A DNA stretch of 46,742 bases, the filler included, from Sphyrna mokarran (Eukaryota), in the NCBI GenBank assembly GCA_024679065.1. It is 4 parts of 3 records of this genome, joined end to end, with 100 filler letters (N's around TTAATTAATTAA, not from the genome) between each part and the next. Parts side by side here need not be neighbours in the genome. Positions count along the whole stretch, not along the records: positions 12,636 to 27,644 come from JAGIQG010000790.1; positions 27,745 to 46,742 come from JAGIQG010000077.1; 2 more parts are not named here. One strand, given 5' to 3'. Below are positions 21,165 to 32,879 of this stretch, piece after piece (positions within the stretch are counted from its first letter, which is position 1; every line of letters starts with the position of its first letter). The notes beneath the pieces are model-generated. The model was not told the origin of the DNA and ran no database searches. It saw only the letters and a program-made list of their open reading frames with translations. A program made the translations under genes and the position numbers.

Positions 21165-22291
21165 GCTGGATCCAGGGTGAGGGAGCCAAATGGCTACAAA
21201 ATTGGTTTGATGACAGAAGCCGGAGGGTAGTGCGAGAGGATTGTTTTTTTTCAAACTAGAGGACTGTGACCACCGGTGTGCCTCGTGGATCGGTGCTGGG
21301 TCCACTGTTTTTTGTCATTTTTATGAATAATTTGGATGAGAAATTTAGAGGCATGGTTAGTAAGATTGTAGATGACGCTAAGATGCGTGACATAGTGGAC
21401 AGTGAAGAAGGTTACCACGGATTGCAACGGGATCTTTATCAATTGGGCTAGTGGACTGATGAACGGAAGATGGAATTTTATTTAGATAAATGCGAGGTGA
21501 TCCATTTTGGGCAATCAAACCAGGACAGAACTTATTCATTTAATGGCAGGGTGTTGTGCAGAGTTATAGAACAAAAAGCTCTAGCGGTACAGGTTCGTAG
21601 CTCATTGAACATGGAGTCACAGGTGGACAGAGTGGTAAAGAAGGCATTCAGTATGTTTGGTTTAATCATTAGAACCTGAATACAAGAGTTGGGACTTCGT
21701 GTTGAAGTTGCACAAGACATTGGTAAGGCCACACCTGGAATACTATGTGCAATTCTGATCATCCTATTAAAGAAAGGATATTATTAAACTAGAAAGAATG
21801 CAGAAAAGATTTATTAGGATGCTACCGGGACTTGATGGTTTGAGTTATAAGGAAAGGTTGGCTTTTTTCCCCTGGACTGTATAAGACTGAGCGGTGATCT
21901 TATAGGGGTGAATGTCCCCTATAGGGGTCTAGATAATAATGGGGGGCACAGATCAGTTTGATGGGCAACATTTTTTCCAAAAGGTAGGGGAGTCTAAACT
22001 AAAGTGTGTAAATTTGAGCTGAGAGAGGAGAGTTACAGGATGCTCCAGAAGGGCAATTTATTCACGCAGAGGATGGTGAGTGTCTGGAACAAGCTACCAG
22101 AGGTAGTAGTAGAGGCGGGTACAACTTTGTCTTTTTAAAAATATTTTGGACAGTTACATGGGTAAAATGAGTGTGGAGGGATATGGACCAAACATGACAA
22201 GTGGGCCCAGCTTAGTGTTTAATAAAAGGGTGACATGGATATATTGGGCCAAAGGACCTGTTTCTATGCTGTAAATCTCTATGACTCTATG
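21165..22291 (+). mobile_element. CR1 LINE ORF2 (reverse transcriptase) 3' part, degenerate
   Basis: GVPRGSVLGPLFFVIFMNNLD...SKIVDDAK, FYLDKCEVIHFG, QVDRVVKKAF motifs with stops; (tctatgac)n tail. Confidence 0.9.
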
Positions 22292-22419
22292 GCTGCCGAA
22301 CAGACAGGGAGAAGTGAGTGTGATAGATCTAGCTTCAAGAAGATGTCGCACCACAAGTCCACATCCAGATAGATAGAAGAGTGACTGCCAGGACAGACAG
22401 GCATGTATTGCAGCAGTTT

Positions 22420-22960
22420 TGTGGCAATTCCCTCTCATACAGGTATACCGTTTTGGATACTGTTGGGGGAGGGGAAATAGCTTCTCAGGGGAAAATACCA
22501 GCAGCAGCCAGGCTTCTGGCACCATGACTAGTTCTACTGTAGAGAAGAGTCGAGCTAGGACCAAGTGAATGAAAGTCGTAGAAGAACTCGATAGTCAGGA
22601 GCATAGACAAGAGTTTCCATGGCAGTGAACAATATTCTAGGATGCTGTGTTGCCTCCCTGGTTTCAGAATCCTGGGTGTCTCTGAGCAGGTACAGGACAT
22701 CCTGAAACGGGAATGTGAACAGATAGATGTCATTGTCCACATTGGCATTAATGACAGAGGCAGGAAAGGGGAAGAGGGCCTGTGAAGACAATTCAGGGAG
22801 TTAGATAGAGCAGGACCTCTGGGATAGTAATCTCAGGATTATCCTCCATGCCACGTGCTACTGAGGCTTGCAATAGGGAGATATTACAATTGAATCCTGG
22901 CTAAAGATCCGGTGTCTGAGGGAGGGCTTTAGATATATGAATCACCAGGATATCTTCAGA
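22420..22960 (+). mobile_element. CR1 ORF1 (esterase-like) fragment
   Basis: Remnant SIVR..D..F...SRMLCCLPG...VSEQVQDILK.E.EQ..VIVHIG.ND, typical of the CR1 ORF1 esterase domain. Confidence 0.65.
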
Positions 22961-23089
22961 CAACTGAAGGATCATATTGGAGGATTGTATTTCTGTTCAT
23001 ATTGCACTTATTTTATTATAATTTAGTGCAGATGAACCTATTCACAGAATCTACACCAATCTCAGGAACAGTTACAGACGAACTCGGAG

Positions 23090-23320
23090 ATGTACACATA
23101 CGAACACATTCACAGATACATTCACTCTCAAACCGACACAGGAAAATTCACAGGCACACACACAAATACATATACAGGTATACACAATCTCAAGCAAACA
23201 GCTACAAACAAACTGACAGACACACACAAACACATTCAACAACACACACAAATATGCACACGAAAACGTAGAATTCCACAAACACAACTATCACACACAC
23301 TCTCACAAACACAGAGATAA
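23090..23320. repeat. CA-rich degenerate microsatellite
   Basis: (CA)n-like low-complexity tract. Confidence 0.85.
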
Positions 23321-23387
23321 ACTGAGACAATGACCAGTTGATGTTAATCTCTAATCCAACTGCTGGGAACTAAAATAATATAAGAAG

Positions 23388-24272
23388 GCTCACAACACCA
23401 GCTGAAATTCCAACAGGTTTATTTGCTAGCAAAAGCCACTCGCTTTCAGAGCGCTGCTCATTCATCAGGTGGGTGGGAGTTCTGTTCACAAGCTGGGCAT
23501 ATAATAACACAAATTCAATTCACACAATAATGGTTACAATGCTAGACTTTACAGATAATCAAGTCTTAAAGATACAGATAATGTGAGTTGGGAGAGAGAT
23601 AAGCAAGTTTAAAGAGATGTGCGTTGTCTCCAGCTGGGACAGTAAGTGAGATTTTGCAAGAACAAGGAAAATTATGGGGGTTTCAGTTAGCGTGACATGA
23701 ACCCAAGATCCCAGATCAGGCGTTCACATGTGTTTAGAATTTGGCTGTCAGTCTGTGCTCAGTGATTCTGTGCTGTCGTGTGTGGTGAAGGCTGCCTTGG
23801 ACAAAGTGTACTGAAGATCAGAGGCCGAATGCCCGTGACCGCTGAAGTGTTCCCCAACAGGAAGAGAATACTCTTGCCTGATGATTGTCGACTGGTTTTC
23901 ATTCAACCGTTGTGGTAGTATCTGCATGGTCTCCCCAATGTACCATACTCTGGACATCCATTCCTGCAGCATTTCAGGTAGATAACGTTGGCCGAGTTGC
24001 AAGGATATGCACTGTGTATTGGGTGGATGGTACTCTATGTGAGACTGTACCTTTAACACTTGATTACCCGTAAAGACTCGCATTCCAACCATTATTTTGC
24101 AAATTGAGCTTGTATTTTATATGCCCTGCTTATGAACGGAACTCTCACTTATCTGACGAAGGGCAGTACTCCGAAAGCTTTTGCTACCAAATATACCTGT
24201 TGGACTTTAACCCGGTGTTGTGAGACTTCTGACTATGTTTAGCCCAGTCCAATGCCGGCATCGCCACGTCAT
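23388..24272 (-). mobile_element. Penelope-like element: GIY-YIG endonuclease remnant between inverted terminal repeats
   Basis: ORF 23748-24092 contains YIGETMQ.L.QRLN.....I.RQEYSLPVGEHFSGHGHSASDL; 23390-23575 and 24055-24230 are inverted copies of the same terminal repeat. Confidence 0.85.
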
Positions 24273-24386
24273 CACTAAAATCATAACAGAAGTTGATCAA
24301 AAGTTTGTGAAATGAGAAAATGTATAAATTTTCATAGCTCAGAATGGGGGTACAATTGATGATTTCTCTGTTGTCTGTGATTTTTT

Positions 24387-24421
24387 TGCCTGAGGAAGAC
24401 ACAGAGTGTTGAAAGCTCGCG
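24387..24421 (+). ncRNA. Minimal type-I hammerhead-ribozyme-like motif in a Penelope terminal-repeat fragment
   Basis: tgc CTGAGGA a gacac-aga-gtgtt GAAA gc TC gcg: both core boxes, a stem II hairpin, a 3-bp stem I and palindromic AGCT in place of stem III. Confidence 0.5.
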
Positions 24422-24844
24422 GATTTACTATCAAATAAATCGGTTGGATTAAAAATTGGTGTTGCTAAATTCTTACTGAGATCTTTGAACAAATACAGAA
24501 TTAGAAAGATTATAATATTTGAATAGTAATATCTAATGTATAAAGTATCTGGGAACAGAGCGAATTGACGCAGACTGGAAGAGAGACTGAGGTAATGAGA
24601 TTGAAGCAGCTGTTCCGAATGAATGGTTTTATTGCAGAGAAGGATGTGTGGATGGGAGAGAGAGAGATGGATGGAAAGAAGGAGGGAGGGTGAGATGGAT
24701 GGAGGGGTAGATAGGTGGATCGAGGTGAATGTAGGAAGCTGAAGTTTCCAGTTGAAGAGGTTCCCAGTGTCTCTGAGCAGCTGAACTGGGGAAGCCTTTG
24801 AGCAGACACGGTGCTGCTGCTATTTCCCTTCCTGACCATCAGTC

Positions 24845-25460
24845 GTCGTTGTGACACGCCCGGACACTGCTCCGCCCAGTGTCACCTCTTGCCCGCTCCG
24901 CCCCTGTTGCTGCTCGTTGGCGGAACATCCGGGGCCTACAAGACAATATGGCGGGACCAGTCGCCATAGTGTCGTGACGTCACCATCAACCCCTAACGCC
25001 CCCCGGTCGAGGAAAAAGGGACGGTTCAGAAATGTAGAAAGTGAGAGAAATTCCCACCCGGAAATCCCACCGGGAGCGGAATTAAAATTAAACAAAATAC
25101 ATATTTTTATAAAGACTCAAGTAGTGGAACTGCGCATGTGCCGTAGTATTTTCCCAGCGTACACCGCGCTTTGTGATTGTTTTAAAAAAACACGTAATTA
25201 AAAAAAAGAAACGATATTCCCGAATGGAGAAGGAACCGAAAGTCTGACGGGTGAGGATGTGAATAGTAATCATCAAGATTCAAAATATTAAAAGATTAAA
25301 ATGTAATTGCCTGGGCGCATGTGCGGCAGTGGAATTCTCCCAGAGTGCAGCGCGTGGGACGCCGTCTCCCTGGCAACGCAAAATGGCCGCTGGCCGTATC
25401 CCCTGGCAACGCAAGATGGCCGCGGCGGCGGCCGTCATTGCAGCGCAGGCGCAGTGAAGT
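24845..25460. promoter_or_regulatory. CpG-island-like promoter, associated gene not identified
   Basis: CpG-rich. CRE GTGACGTCAC at 24974-24983; NRF1-like GCGCATGTGC at 25132 and 25315; ZNF143/Staf-like TCCCAG.GT.CA.CGCG at about 25152 and 25338; RFX X-box-like sites at 25364-25377 and 25396-25410, each followed by YY1-like AA(A/G)ATGGCCGC. Confidence 0.65.
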
Positions 25461-25659
25461 CCTGCCTGCAGCCCATTGTCCAGATTGCCCCCAGTGGATG
25501 TGGTGGGGATGGAGCAGCAGATGGAGCAACAATCCCAGTTTCAATGGGGGGAGAGAAGCTGCAATGCTGCTCCCTGTTGTTCACTCCTCTCCCCAGTCTC
25601 AGCATTGCAGAGTGTTTAAACAAAAGGGTGCATTGTCACAGCGGCACCTAGACTTGCAG

Positions 25660-25925
25660 TTTAAGTTTATTTATTAGTGTCGCTAATATGTCGGCTTACA
25701 TTAACACTGCAATGAAATCACAGTGAAAATCCCCCAGTTGCCACACTCCGTGCCTGTTCAGGTCCATTCAAGAATTTAGCATGACCAATGCATCCTAACG
25801 AGCACATCTTTCAAACTGTGGAAGGAAACCAGAGCTCCAGGAGTAAACCCATGCAGACACAGGGAGAATGCACAAATTCTATATAGCTAGTGACCCAAAC
25901 TGGGAATCGAACCCGGCTTCCTTGC
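25660..25925 (-). mobile_element. HE1-type SINE
   Basis: Reverse complement of the subfamily seen at 1736-2020 and 4121-4395. Confidence 0.7.
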
Positions 25926-25929
25926 AGTT

Positions 25930-26575
25930 CTTTGCATGAATCACAAAAAGCTAATAAGCAGCTAAAGCAAGTAATTAGGAAAGGTATCATTTGAGGGGAA
26001 TTGGTTACATAAATATGGAGATTATGCTTCAGTTATCCAGAGCACCAGTGAGACCAGATCTGAAGTATTGTGTACAGTATTGGTCATCTTGTTTAAGCAA
26101 GGATGTAAATGCATTGGAAGCAGTCAATTGACCAGAGTAATGCCAGAAATGTGTGGATTATGGGTAAAACTTGAATAGGCTCAACTTGTGTCTGCTGGTG
26201 TTTAGAAGAGTGAGAGAAATTTGATCAAAACATTGAAGATTCTGAAGGGTCTTGACAGATTGGTGTGGAGAGGATGTTTCTTCTTGTGTGAGAATCCAGA
26301 GATAGAGGTTCCTGTTTAAAAAAAAAGTTCACACATTTAAAACAGAGGAGGTGAAATATTTTCTTTCAGACAGTCATCTGGAATGCTCTTCAGAAAAAGC
26401 GGTGGGAGCAGAATCTTTGAATATTTTTAATGCTGTTATAGGATAGGTTCTTGGCAATAGATGATTGGGGGTAGGCAGGATGTAGATTTAAAGTTATAAT
26501 CAGATCAGCCGTGATCTGATTAAATGATGGAGCAGACTCAAGGGGTCAAATAGTCGAATCCTACTCCTTGTTCCT
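25930..26575 (+). mobile_element. Degenerate CR1 LINE 3' region
   Basis: gtgagaccagatctgaagtattgtgtacagtattggtc...aaggatgtaaatgcattggaagcag, and the tail cagatcagccgtgatct...ggagcagactcaaggggtcaaa. Confidence 0.7.
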
Positions 26576-27644
26576 GTGAAAACATTAGCACTGAGATGTG
26601 TGACTGTCTTAGCCTGTTGTTCGACTGCAGGAATGCTCATGTTTAGTCGTTTGTAGCTTAGTCATGTGTAATGATCTCGTAATTGAAGCTTATTAATCAA
26701 TTAACCTGATGTCAAATTGTGCTTCATTATAACATATTAGTATCATGTCACTGGCTTTGTCTGTAATTGCATTTTCATTTGACAAGTGTAATATATCACG
26801 TGACTGTGGTCCAATGTAAATTTACACTTTTATACTTTAATTACAGAGTCCTGTGGATCCCATCAACTCTGGATGAGCTAAGATCTGGAACTGTGAACTC
26901 ATCATCCATTGACAATAACAGTTATATTTGAGTTTCAGGCCATATTGTGTGAAGAAATCAGCAGTGAAAGTTCAAACTTCAGTACTGTGTCGTAAATTAG
27001 TTTAAACTTTTAACTTGTAATATCTTAAAAGAAGCACTCACTTTCCTTCACACTCTATAATTATATTTAGTTTGAAAAACTAAAGGTTTCAGTTTAATTT
27101 TTATAGCTCAGAAGTTATTCTGATTCATTAGTTTTGAACTTTTATAAATTGAAGGTATTCTATTGTATTTATATGTGTTTCCTGCTGTTTCAGCTTTTTT
27201 ACACTGATTTAATGTCCACCTTCTTTGGATTTCAGATCTGAAATAACTTCATAATTTCTGTATTAGTTTAAGATTGTGTGTCACTATGTGTCCTTTTAAT
27301 TCACTGTGTTCCAAGCTCTGGCAACCACTACAAAAACCAACAAGCACTTTCTTTAACCAAAATATACTGATAGTCACCAGCCCCAGTGAGAACTCGAAAG
27401 GTTTCTACACATCAAATAGACATTTGAGATACTGAACCCAAATGTTAACCATTAGGATTTGATACCATAAGCTTTCTTATTTCAAATAAGCGGACAAAGA
27501 AGCTCCATTATCTGAGTACAAAGCTCAGTTTAATGAAATCATAGAAAAGACATTTGGGACAAACTCTGAAAGTAACTGACACATTAGAGAGCCAGACGCA
27601 AAATTGCAGGAAATGATCAGTCGATGATCATCACCATTAAGAAA

Positions 27645-27744
27645 NNNNNNNNNNNNNNNNNNNNNNNNNNNNNNNNNNNNNNNNNNNNTTAATTAATTAA
27701 NNNNNNNNNNNNNNNNNNNNNNNNNNNNNNNNNNNNNNNNNNNN
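27645..27744. other. Artificial contig linker
   Basis: N44-TTAATTAATTAA-N44. Confidence 0.97.
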
Positions 27745-29364
27745 ATTTAACCAGAATGATAGTGGGATAGCTTGAGCTTGAGTTTGGACATCACTCGGCA
27801 CAACATCGAAGGGCCGAAGCACTTGTTCTATGTTGTACTGTTCTATAGTCTACATAACTTAAACTTGGGATGATTACGAAATCGGGCATTGATTAAAGGG
27901 ACAAATAATGTAATTTTGTACTGGGTACAGAGATTCCAACCTGGAAATTCAGCCGGATGATCGAGCCCTCCTCCAGCAGATTAACTAGATTTGACTTCCC
28001 CACACAACGCGGAGTATTAAAATTGTTGTTGTGTTTTGCTAAACAACAAGGAAGCCATTTTGTTTAAGGAGTGAACCCACTTACCCGTGTTATCAGACGG
28101 GAATATGGATTTCGGATAATGTACTTTGAGGATTAACTACCAATATTCAATTGGATGTCCAAAACTAGGGTAGATCCAGTTAAGTTTGGGGCACATTTAA
28201 TCTTGCAGATTGCATGTTCATGCAGCAGAAATCCCAAACCAGTTGCTCACATTCTGCCCTTAATACCATCTCCAACGCAAACAAACACACCCTAAAAATG
28301 TTCCTGTAAATTAGCTGAAGAGCCGCCGGAAACATATTTGTTCCAAATCCTGATAAAAACCGGAATCACACAGGTAACATTTCGTATTGAAAACCTTCTT
28401 CTATATTTAGTTAACTCGGATATTGATACATTTTTAACTATTTCTTGCACAATTACAGTAGAAAATGCAGAATAGAATTTTAAAACCCACTGTGAGAAAT
28501 TAGAAACAAAGAGAGGTGAAATTTCACTGCAGGCGATATTCCATCTTAGAATGGTGGAAATTAACAGAAAGTTCATTTCCGCTTTGGTCGCCATCATATT
28601 AATGAGCCCCCAGTCCGCCCGAATTTGCACCGGTCGCACTTTTGGAATTCTCCTTGCAAAAATAAGAATGTTTCCACGAGACTATAAATTCCGGAAATAC
28701 ACGGTGAGTTCTCTCTGTCCCTCCCTTTTCTCTCCAGTTAAAATTTTGGATCCTCATTAAAGGCCAGGCGAGCGTAAAGTGTCTGTGGATGAAAAGAGAT
28801 CTGTTAGCGTGACACACACCATTATTATAGTGACAGGTGAGACCATTGAGTTTCCCCAATCCTTCGCCTCCCCCCCACTGCATTCAATCGGTTCATGGCT
28901 GCAAGGTAACTCAACTCACAATCACCCACTAATATTGACTAATCCTTAATCCCTCCCTAATATAAATCTAACTGTCACATCTCTGGAGTTCCAATTGCCC
29001 AATGCTCTATATAGCTTTTTAGTGACCAGAATTGCATTTCGCGTTCTATGAAGATTTATTATTATCACATATGTGAGTATGCATTGAAATGTAATGATTC
29101 TTGCACACTGTGCAGACAAAGTGCATCATGTGAGGAGAATGAAAGGAGAAGGTGCAGATTATAGTGTTACAGTGATAGTCAGGCTTGAAGAGAAAGTTCA
29201 ACTTAATATGCGGCAGGTCAATTCTAATGTCTGATGGCAGCAGGGAAGAAGCTGTCCTTGCGTGACCTCAGAATTACATATCTTTTTCCCGAAGGAAGAA
29301 GGTGGAGAAATAAAACATATCCAGGGTGGGTGGCGTTCTTGATAATGCTGGCTGTTTATATACA

Positions 29365-29870
29365 AACATAGAAGATACCAGCAGGGAGAGGTCATTTGGC
29401 CCTTCGAGTCTACTCCAGCATTCATTATAATCATGATTGATCGTCCAGCCCAATCGCTAATTCCTACTTTCTCCCATAACCTTCGCTCCCAAGTGCTGTA
29501 TCCAGCTGCCTGTTGAATACATTCAATATTTTGGCATCAACTACTTCCTGTGGTAATGAATTCCACAGGCTCACCGAGTGAAGAAATGTCTCCTCACCTC
29601 GGTCCTAAATGATCTACCCCAAAACCGCAAACAGTGACCCCTGATTCTAGACTCCCTCCACTATCGGGAACATCCTTCCTGTATTTACTCTGTTTAGCCC
29701 TGATAGAATTTTATAAGTCTCTGTGAAATCACCCCCCATTCGTCTGAACTGCAGTGAAAACAATTTTAAACTAGTCAATCTCTCCTCATACATGAATCCC
29801 GCCATTCCCGGAGTGAGCCTGGTAAACCTTCGCTGCATTCCTTCCACAGCCAGAATATCCTTCCAAAGTG
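29365..29870 (-). mobile_element. CR1 LINE 3' fragment
   Basis: ORF 29647-29877 KDILAVEGMQRRFTRLTPGMAGFMYEERL..L.LFSL.FRRM.GD..ETYKIL, plus the 3' tail. Confidence 0.85.
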
Positions 29871-29879
29871 AATGCATTT

Positions 29880-30620
29880 GGTATGTCTCCTGCTCTGTCC
29901 AAGACTACAAGAACTGGTCTAGTCCCATTATTCAAACCATCCTCCTCTCCATTGAATCTGTCTACACGTCCTGTTGCCTCGGGGAAAAACAGTCAACATA
30001 ATCAAGGAACCCCCTCCCCCCACCACCACACACGCACCCCGGACATTCTGTCTTCCACTTTATTCCATCGGGAAAGAGATACAAAGGTCTGAGGTCAAGT
30101 ACCAAACGACTCAAGAACAGGTTCTTCCCTGCTGCTGTCAGACTTCTGAATGGACCTACCTCGCACTAAGTTGATCTTTCTATCTTTCTCTACACCATGA
30201 CTGTAGCACTATATTCTCCACTCTCTCCTTTACTTCTCAATGAACGGTATGCTTTCTCTGTGTAGTGCGCAAGATACAATACTTTTTACTGTATCCCATA
30301 CATGTGGCAATAATCATCCAAATCTATGTACTCAATGAACGTTATGATTTGCAAAGCGTGCAAGAAACAATACTTTTGACTGTATCCTAATGCATGTGCC
30401 AATAATAAATCAAATGCACGTACCCTGGAAACGGTATGCGTTGTCTCTATAGCGCGTAAGAAACAATACTTTTCACAGTAGCCCAATACATGTGGCAATA
30501 ACAAATCAAATCTATGTACTCTATGAATGGTATGCTTTATCTGTATAGCAGGCAAGAAACAATTCTTTTCACGTATCCCAATACACGTGACAATAATAAA
30601 TCCAATCCATGTACTCTGTG
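29880..30620 (+). mobile_element. Rex1-type 3' end with four tandem copies of its ~90-bp tail
   Basis: Homologous to 1000-1458; the unit tgaacggtatgc...caagaaacaatacttttcac.gtatcccaatacatgtggcaataa..aaatcaaatc is repeated across 30236-30610. Confidence 0.75.
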
Positions 30621-30822
30621 AAATGTCCCACGAATGAATTAAACAAACAAAAAACTAACTTGAAAGAAGTTATTTGGCGTGGAAGGTTTCTCTGTCCATG
30701 GAAGCCGCCAGGCTTGTTGAAGTTTTCTAGAATATTCTGTGTTGGTTATGAATTCTAAACCGCGGATTAATAACTAATGAAAAGTATCCGCGCGGTATGT
30801 CAAATAAAATCCATTCATTCAC

Positions 30823-30881
30823 CTCTTTATTCTGTTTGTGTTCTCTGGATTCTCTCAGTTCCTCATCACTGTTCGCGGTTC
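30823..30881 (-). pseudogene. Cytoplasmic exon of the VJ-C1-TM gene (GTANSDEELRESREHKQNKE)
   Basis: ctctttctaacag acceptor, 59 nt, phase 1 to phase 0, GAG|GTGAAT donor; in frame with the TM exon. Confidence 0.65.
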
Positions 30882-31020
30882 CTGTTAGAAAGAGGGATTT
30901 AAACTGAAATTTAAAACGGATTAATTTCACACTGAACCCGCTCAGAATTATCAATAACTCTGAAATAGATGTGTGGACTGAGAGCGCCGCGGAGTACCAG
31001 ATTCCCCCAACAATCGCTAC

Positions 31021-31140
31021 CTCTCTGCCGGTTCCTGCAGATCCTTCTTCCGGCCGCAAGAATCAATCCCAGAAGGAGAAGTGCCGCGGCCGATAAACCC
31101 CCGTAAAACACTAAAGGACAGGTGGGCGAGAACGGAGAAT
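31021..31140 (-). pseudogene. Connecting peptide/transmembrane exon of the VJ-C1-TM gene (DSPFSPTCPLVFYGGLSAAALLLLGLILAAGRRICRNRQR)
   Basis: ttttttgcag acceptor, 120 nt, phase 1-1; hydrophobic stretch followed by basic stop-transfer residues. Confidence 0.8.
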
Positions 31141-31516
31141 CTGCAAAAAAGCATTAAACTTTCCGTCAACAGATATCAAGTGTGGAAATAATTAAACAAA
31201 CAAGGATCTTGCTCAATCTAACTGTCCAATTTGACCGGAAAATGAGAAAAAAATTGTACACTTTCCCTATCATGTAATAGAGTCGCATTTTTACAATAGA
31301 GCACAAGGCGAGACAAAGAGAGATAGTGACAGAGAGACTGAGCACTTTTTGAATAGGGCACACTGGGAGATGGAGGGAGAGAGTGAAAGATTCCGGCAGA
31401 GAATAATCATATAATCCCATACTGCAAAAGAAGACCATTCCGACCATCGAGTCTGCACCACCCTATCCCCGTCACCTCACGTATTTATTCAGCTAATCCT
31501 CCTGATTCTCGGCTCA

Positions 31517-31915
31517 ATTTAGCATGGCCAATCCACCTAACCCGCACATTTTGGCCACGAAGGGCAATTTAGCATGGCCATTCACCTAAGCTGAACATCT
31601 TTGGACACTAAGGGGCAACTTAGCACGGACAACCCACTTATCCCACATATCTTTGGATACTAAATGGCAATTTGTCATGGCTAATCTAACTAACCTACAT
31701 ATCTTCAATACTGAGGAGCAATTCACCATGGCTCATCCACCTAACCTACATATCCTTTGACACTAAGGGACAATTTACCATGGCTAATCCACCAAACCTA
31801 TACACCCTTTGGCACAAAGGGGCAATTTAGCACGGCCAATCCACCTAACTCGCACATCTTAAGACACTAACGGGCAATTTAGCATGGCCAATCCACCTAA
31901 TCTCCACATCTTTGG
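31517..31915. repeat. 52-bp SINE-derived tandem array in the C1-TM intron
   Basis: Same unit as 5702-6402, about 8 copies. Confidence 0.9.
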
Positions 31916-32472
31916 AATTTGTGGGAAATTAGGAGCACTCACGGGAAGGCCGATGTAATTGAATGCGATTGAAGTACAGGGAGGCGAAGTGATGAATAAA
32001 TGGTTCACTGCTCTGCTGAGGTACAGAGCGACACTGGGGATATAATCACACATTTCAATTTTACAGACTGACAGATTGGTCCCTGAACTTCAGATGCGTC
32101 ATGGTGTCTTAGCCAGATACAAGGAGGGGAAGAGGAGAACAGGCCATTCGGCCTATCTCGTCCATTCTGCTATCCAACATCACCATGCCTCACCATGTAC
32201 ATAAACTTCACTTCTCCGCTCTTTCTATTACTCATTAATCTACCCGTTCTCACAAATGTGTTTCAGTGATTGAACATCCACGGTTCATAACGGTAGCGAA
32301 GAAGAGGCAAAATATCGGAAAATGAAACCTGGAGGAATATGGTAGGACAGTGCTGAGTTAGATATTCATGGATGCCCGCAGAGACATTTATAATTTACAA
32401 AGTTAGACGGCTTTTAGTAAAGTCTCCCGTTATTATTAAATGGATTGAAAAATAGTCATTGTGAATGGCTAC

Positions 32473-32778
32473 CTTTCTGAGATGAGAAACTGTCACTGAG
32501 AATACTGTCACTGGAGTTGACCTGAACGGCGCAATTACAGCGAGCGCCTCTTCTCCAAGTTTCCGCCGGAAGACTGATGTAACTCCTGATGGTGTAGGTC
32601 CCGTCCGGCTCCAGTGTCCCCGAATCGGTCCGTCCCTCAGTATCGCGCCCCGAAACATGCCAGCGGACGGGAATGGAATCGGGAGACACACCTCTGACCA
32701 GGCACATCAATGGGACCTTTTCCATGGCGGGAATCTCATTCAGCGGCGGGGTGACGAGGAATATGGAGGGAGAGCCCG
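32473..32778 (-). pseudogene. Ig C1-set domain exon of the VJ-C1-TM gene
   Basis: 306 nt, phase 1-1: AGSPSIFLVTPP...VPLMCLVRGVSPDSIPVRW...DGTYTIRSYISLPAETWRRGARCNCAVQ...SSQK. C1 hallmarks: CLV.G..P..I.V.W, DGTY...S, W..G...C.V. Confidence 0.9.
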
Positions 32779-32879
32779 CTAAATCCGGCAAATGAAACGG
32801 AGAACACTCATTAACTGGTCGAACAGAACTCTTTATTTGCTCTGAAATACCACTGCAATAGAATATTAATGGAATTTAC

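Noticed and set aside
28085-28660. Alternative terminal exons for the VJ-C1 gene (ENSKSATGANSGGLGAH*; segment ending at GTAAGT near 28084)
   Set aside because: Weak AAG acceptor, ambiguous frames and no recognisable motif.
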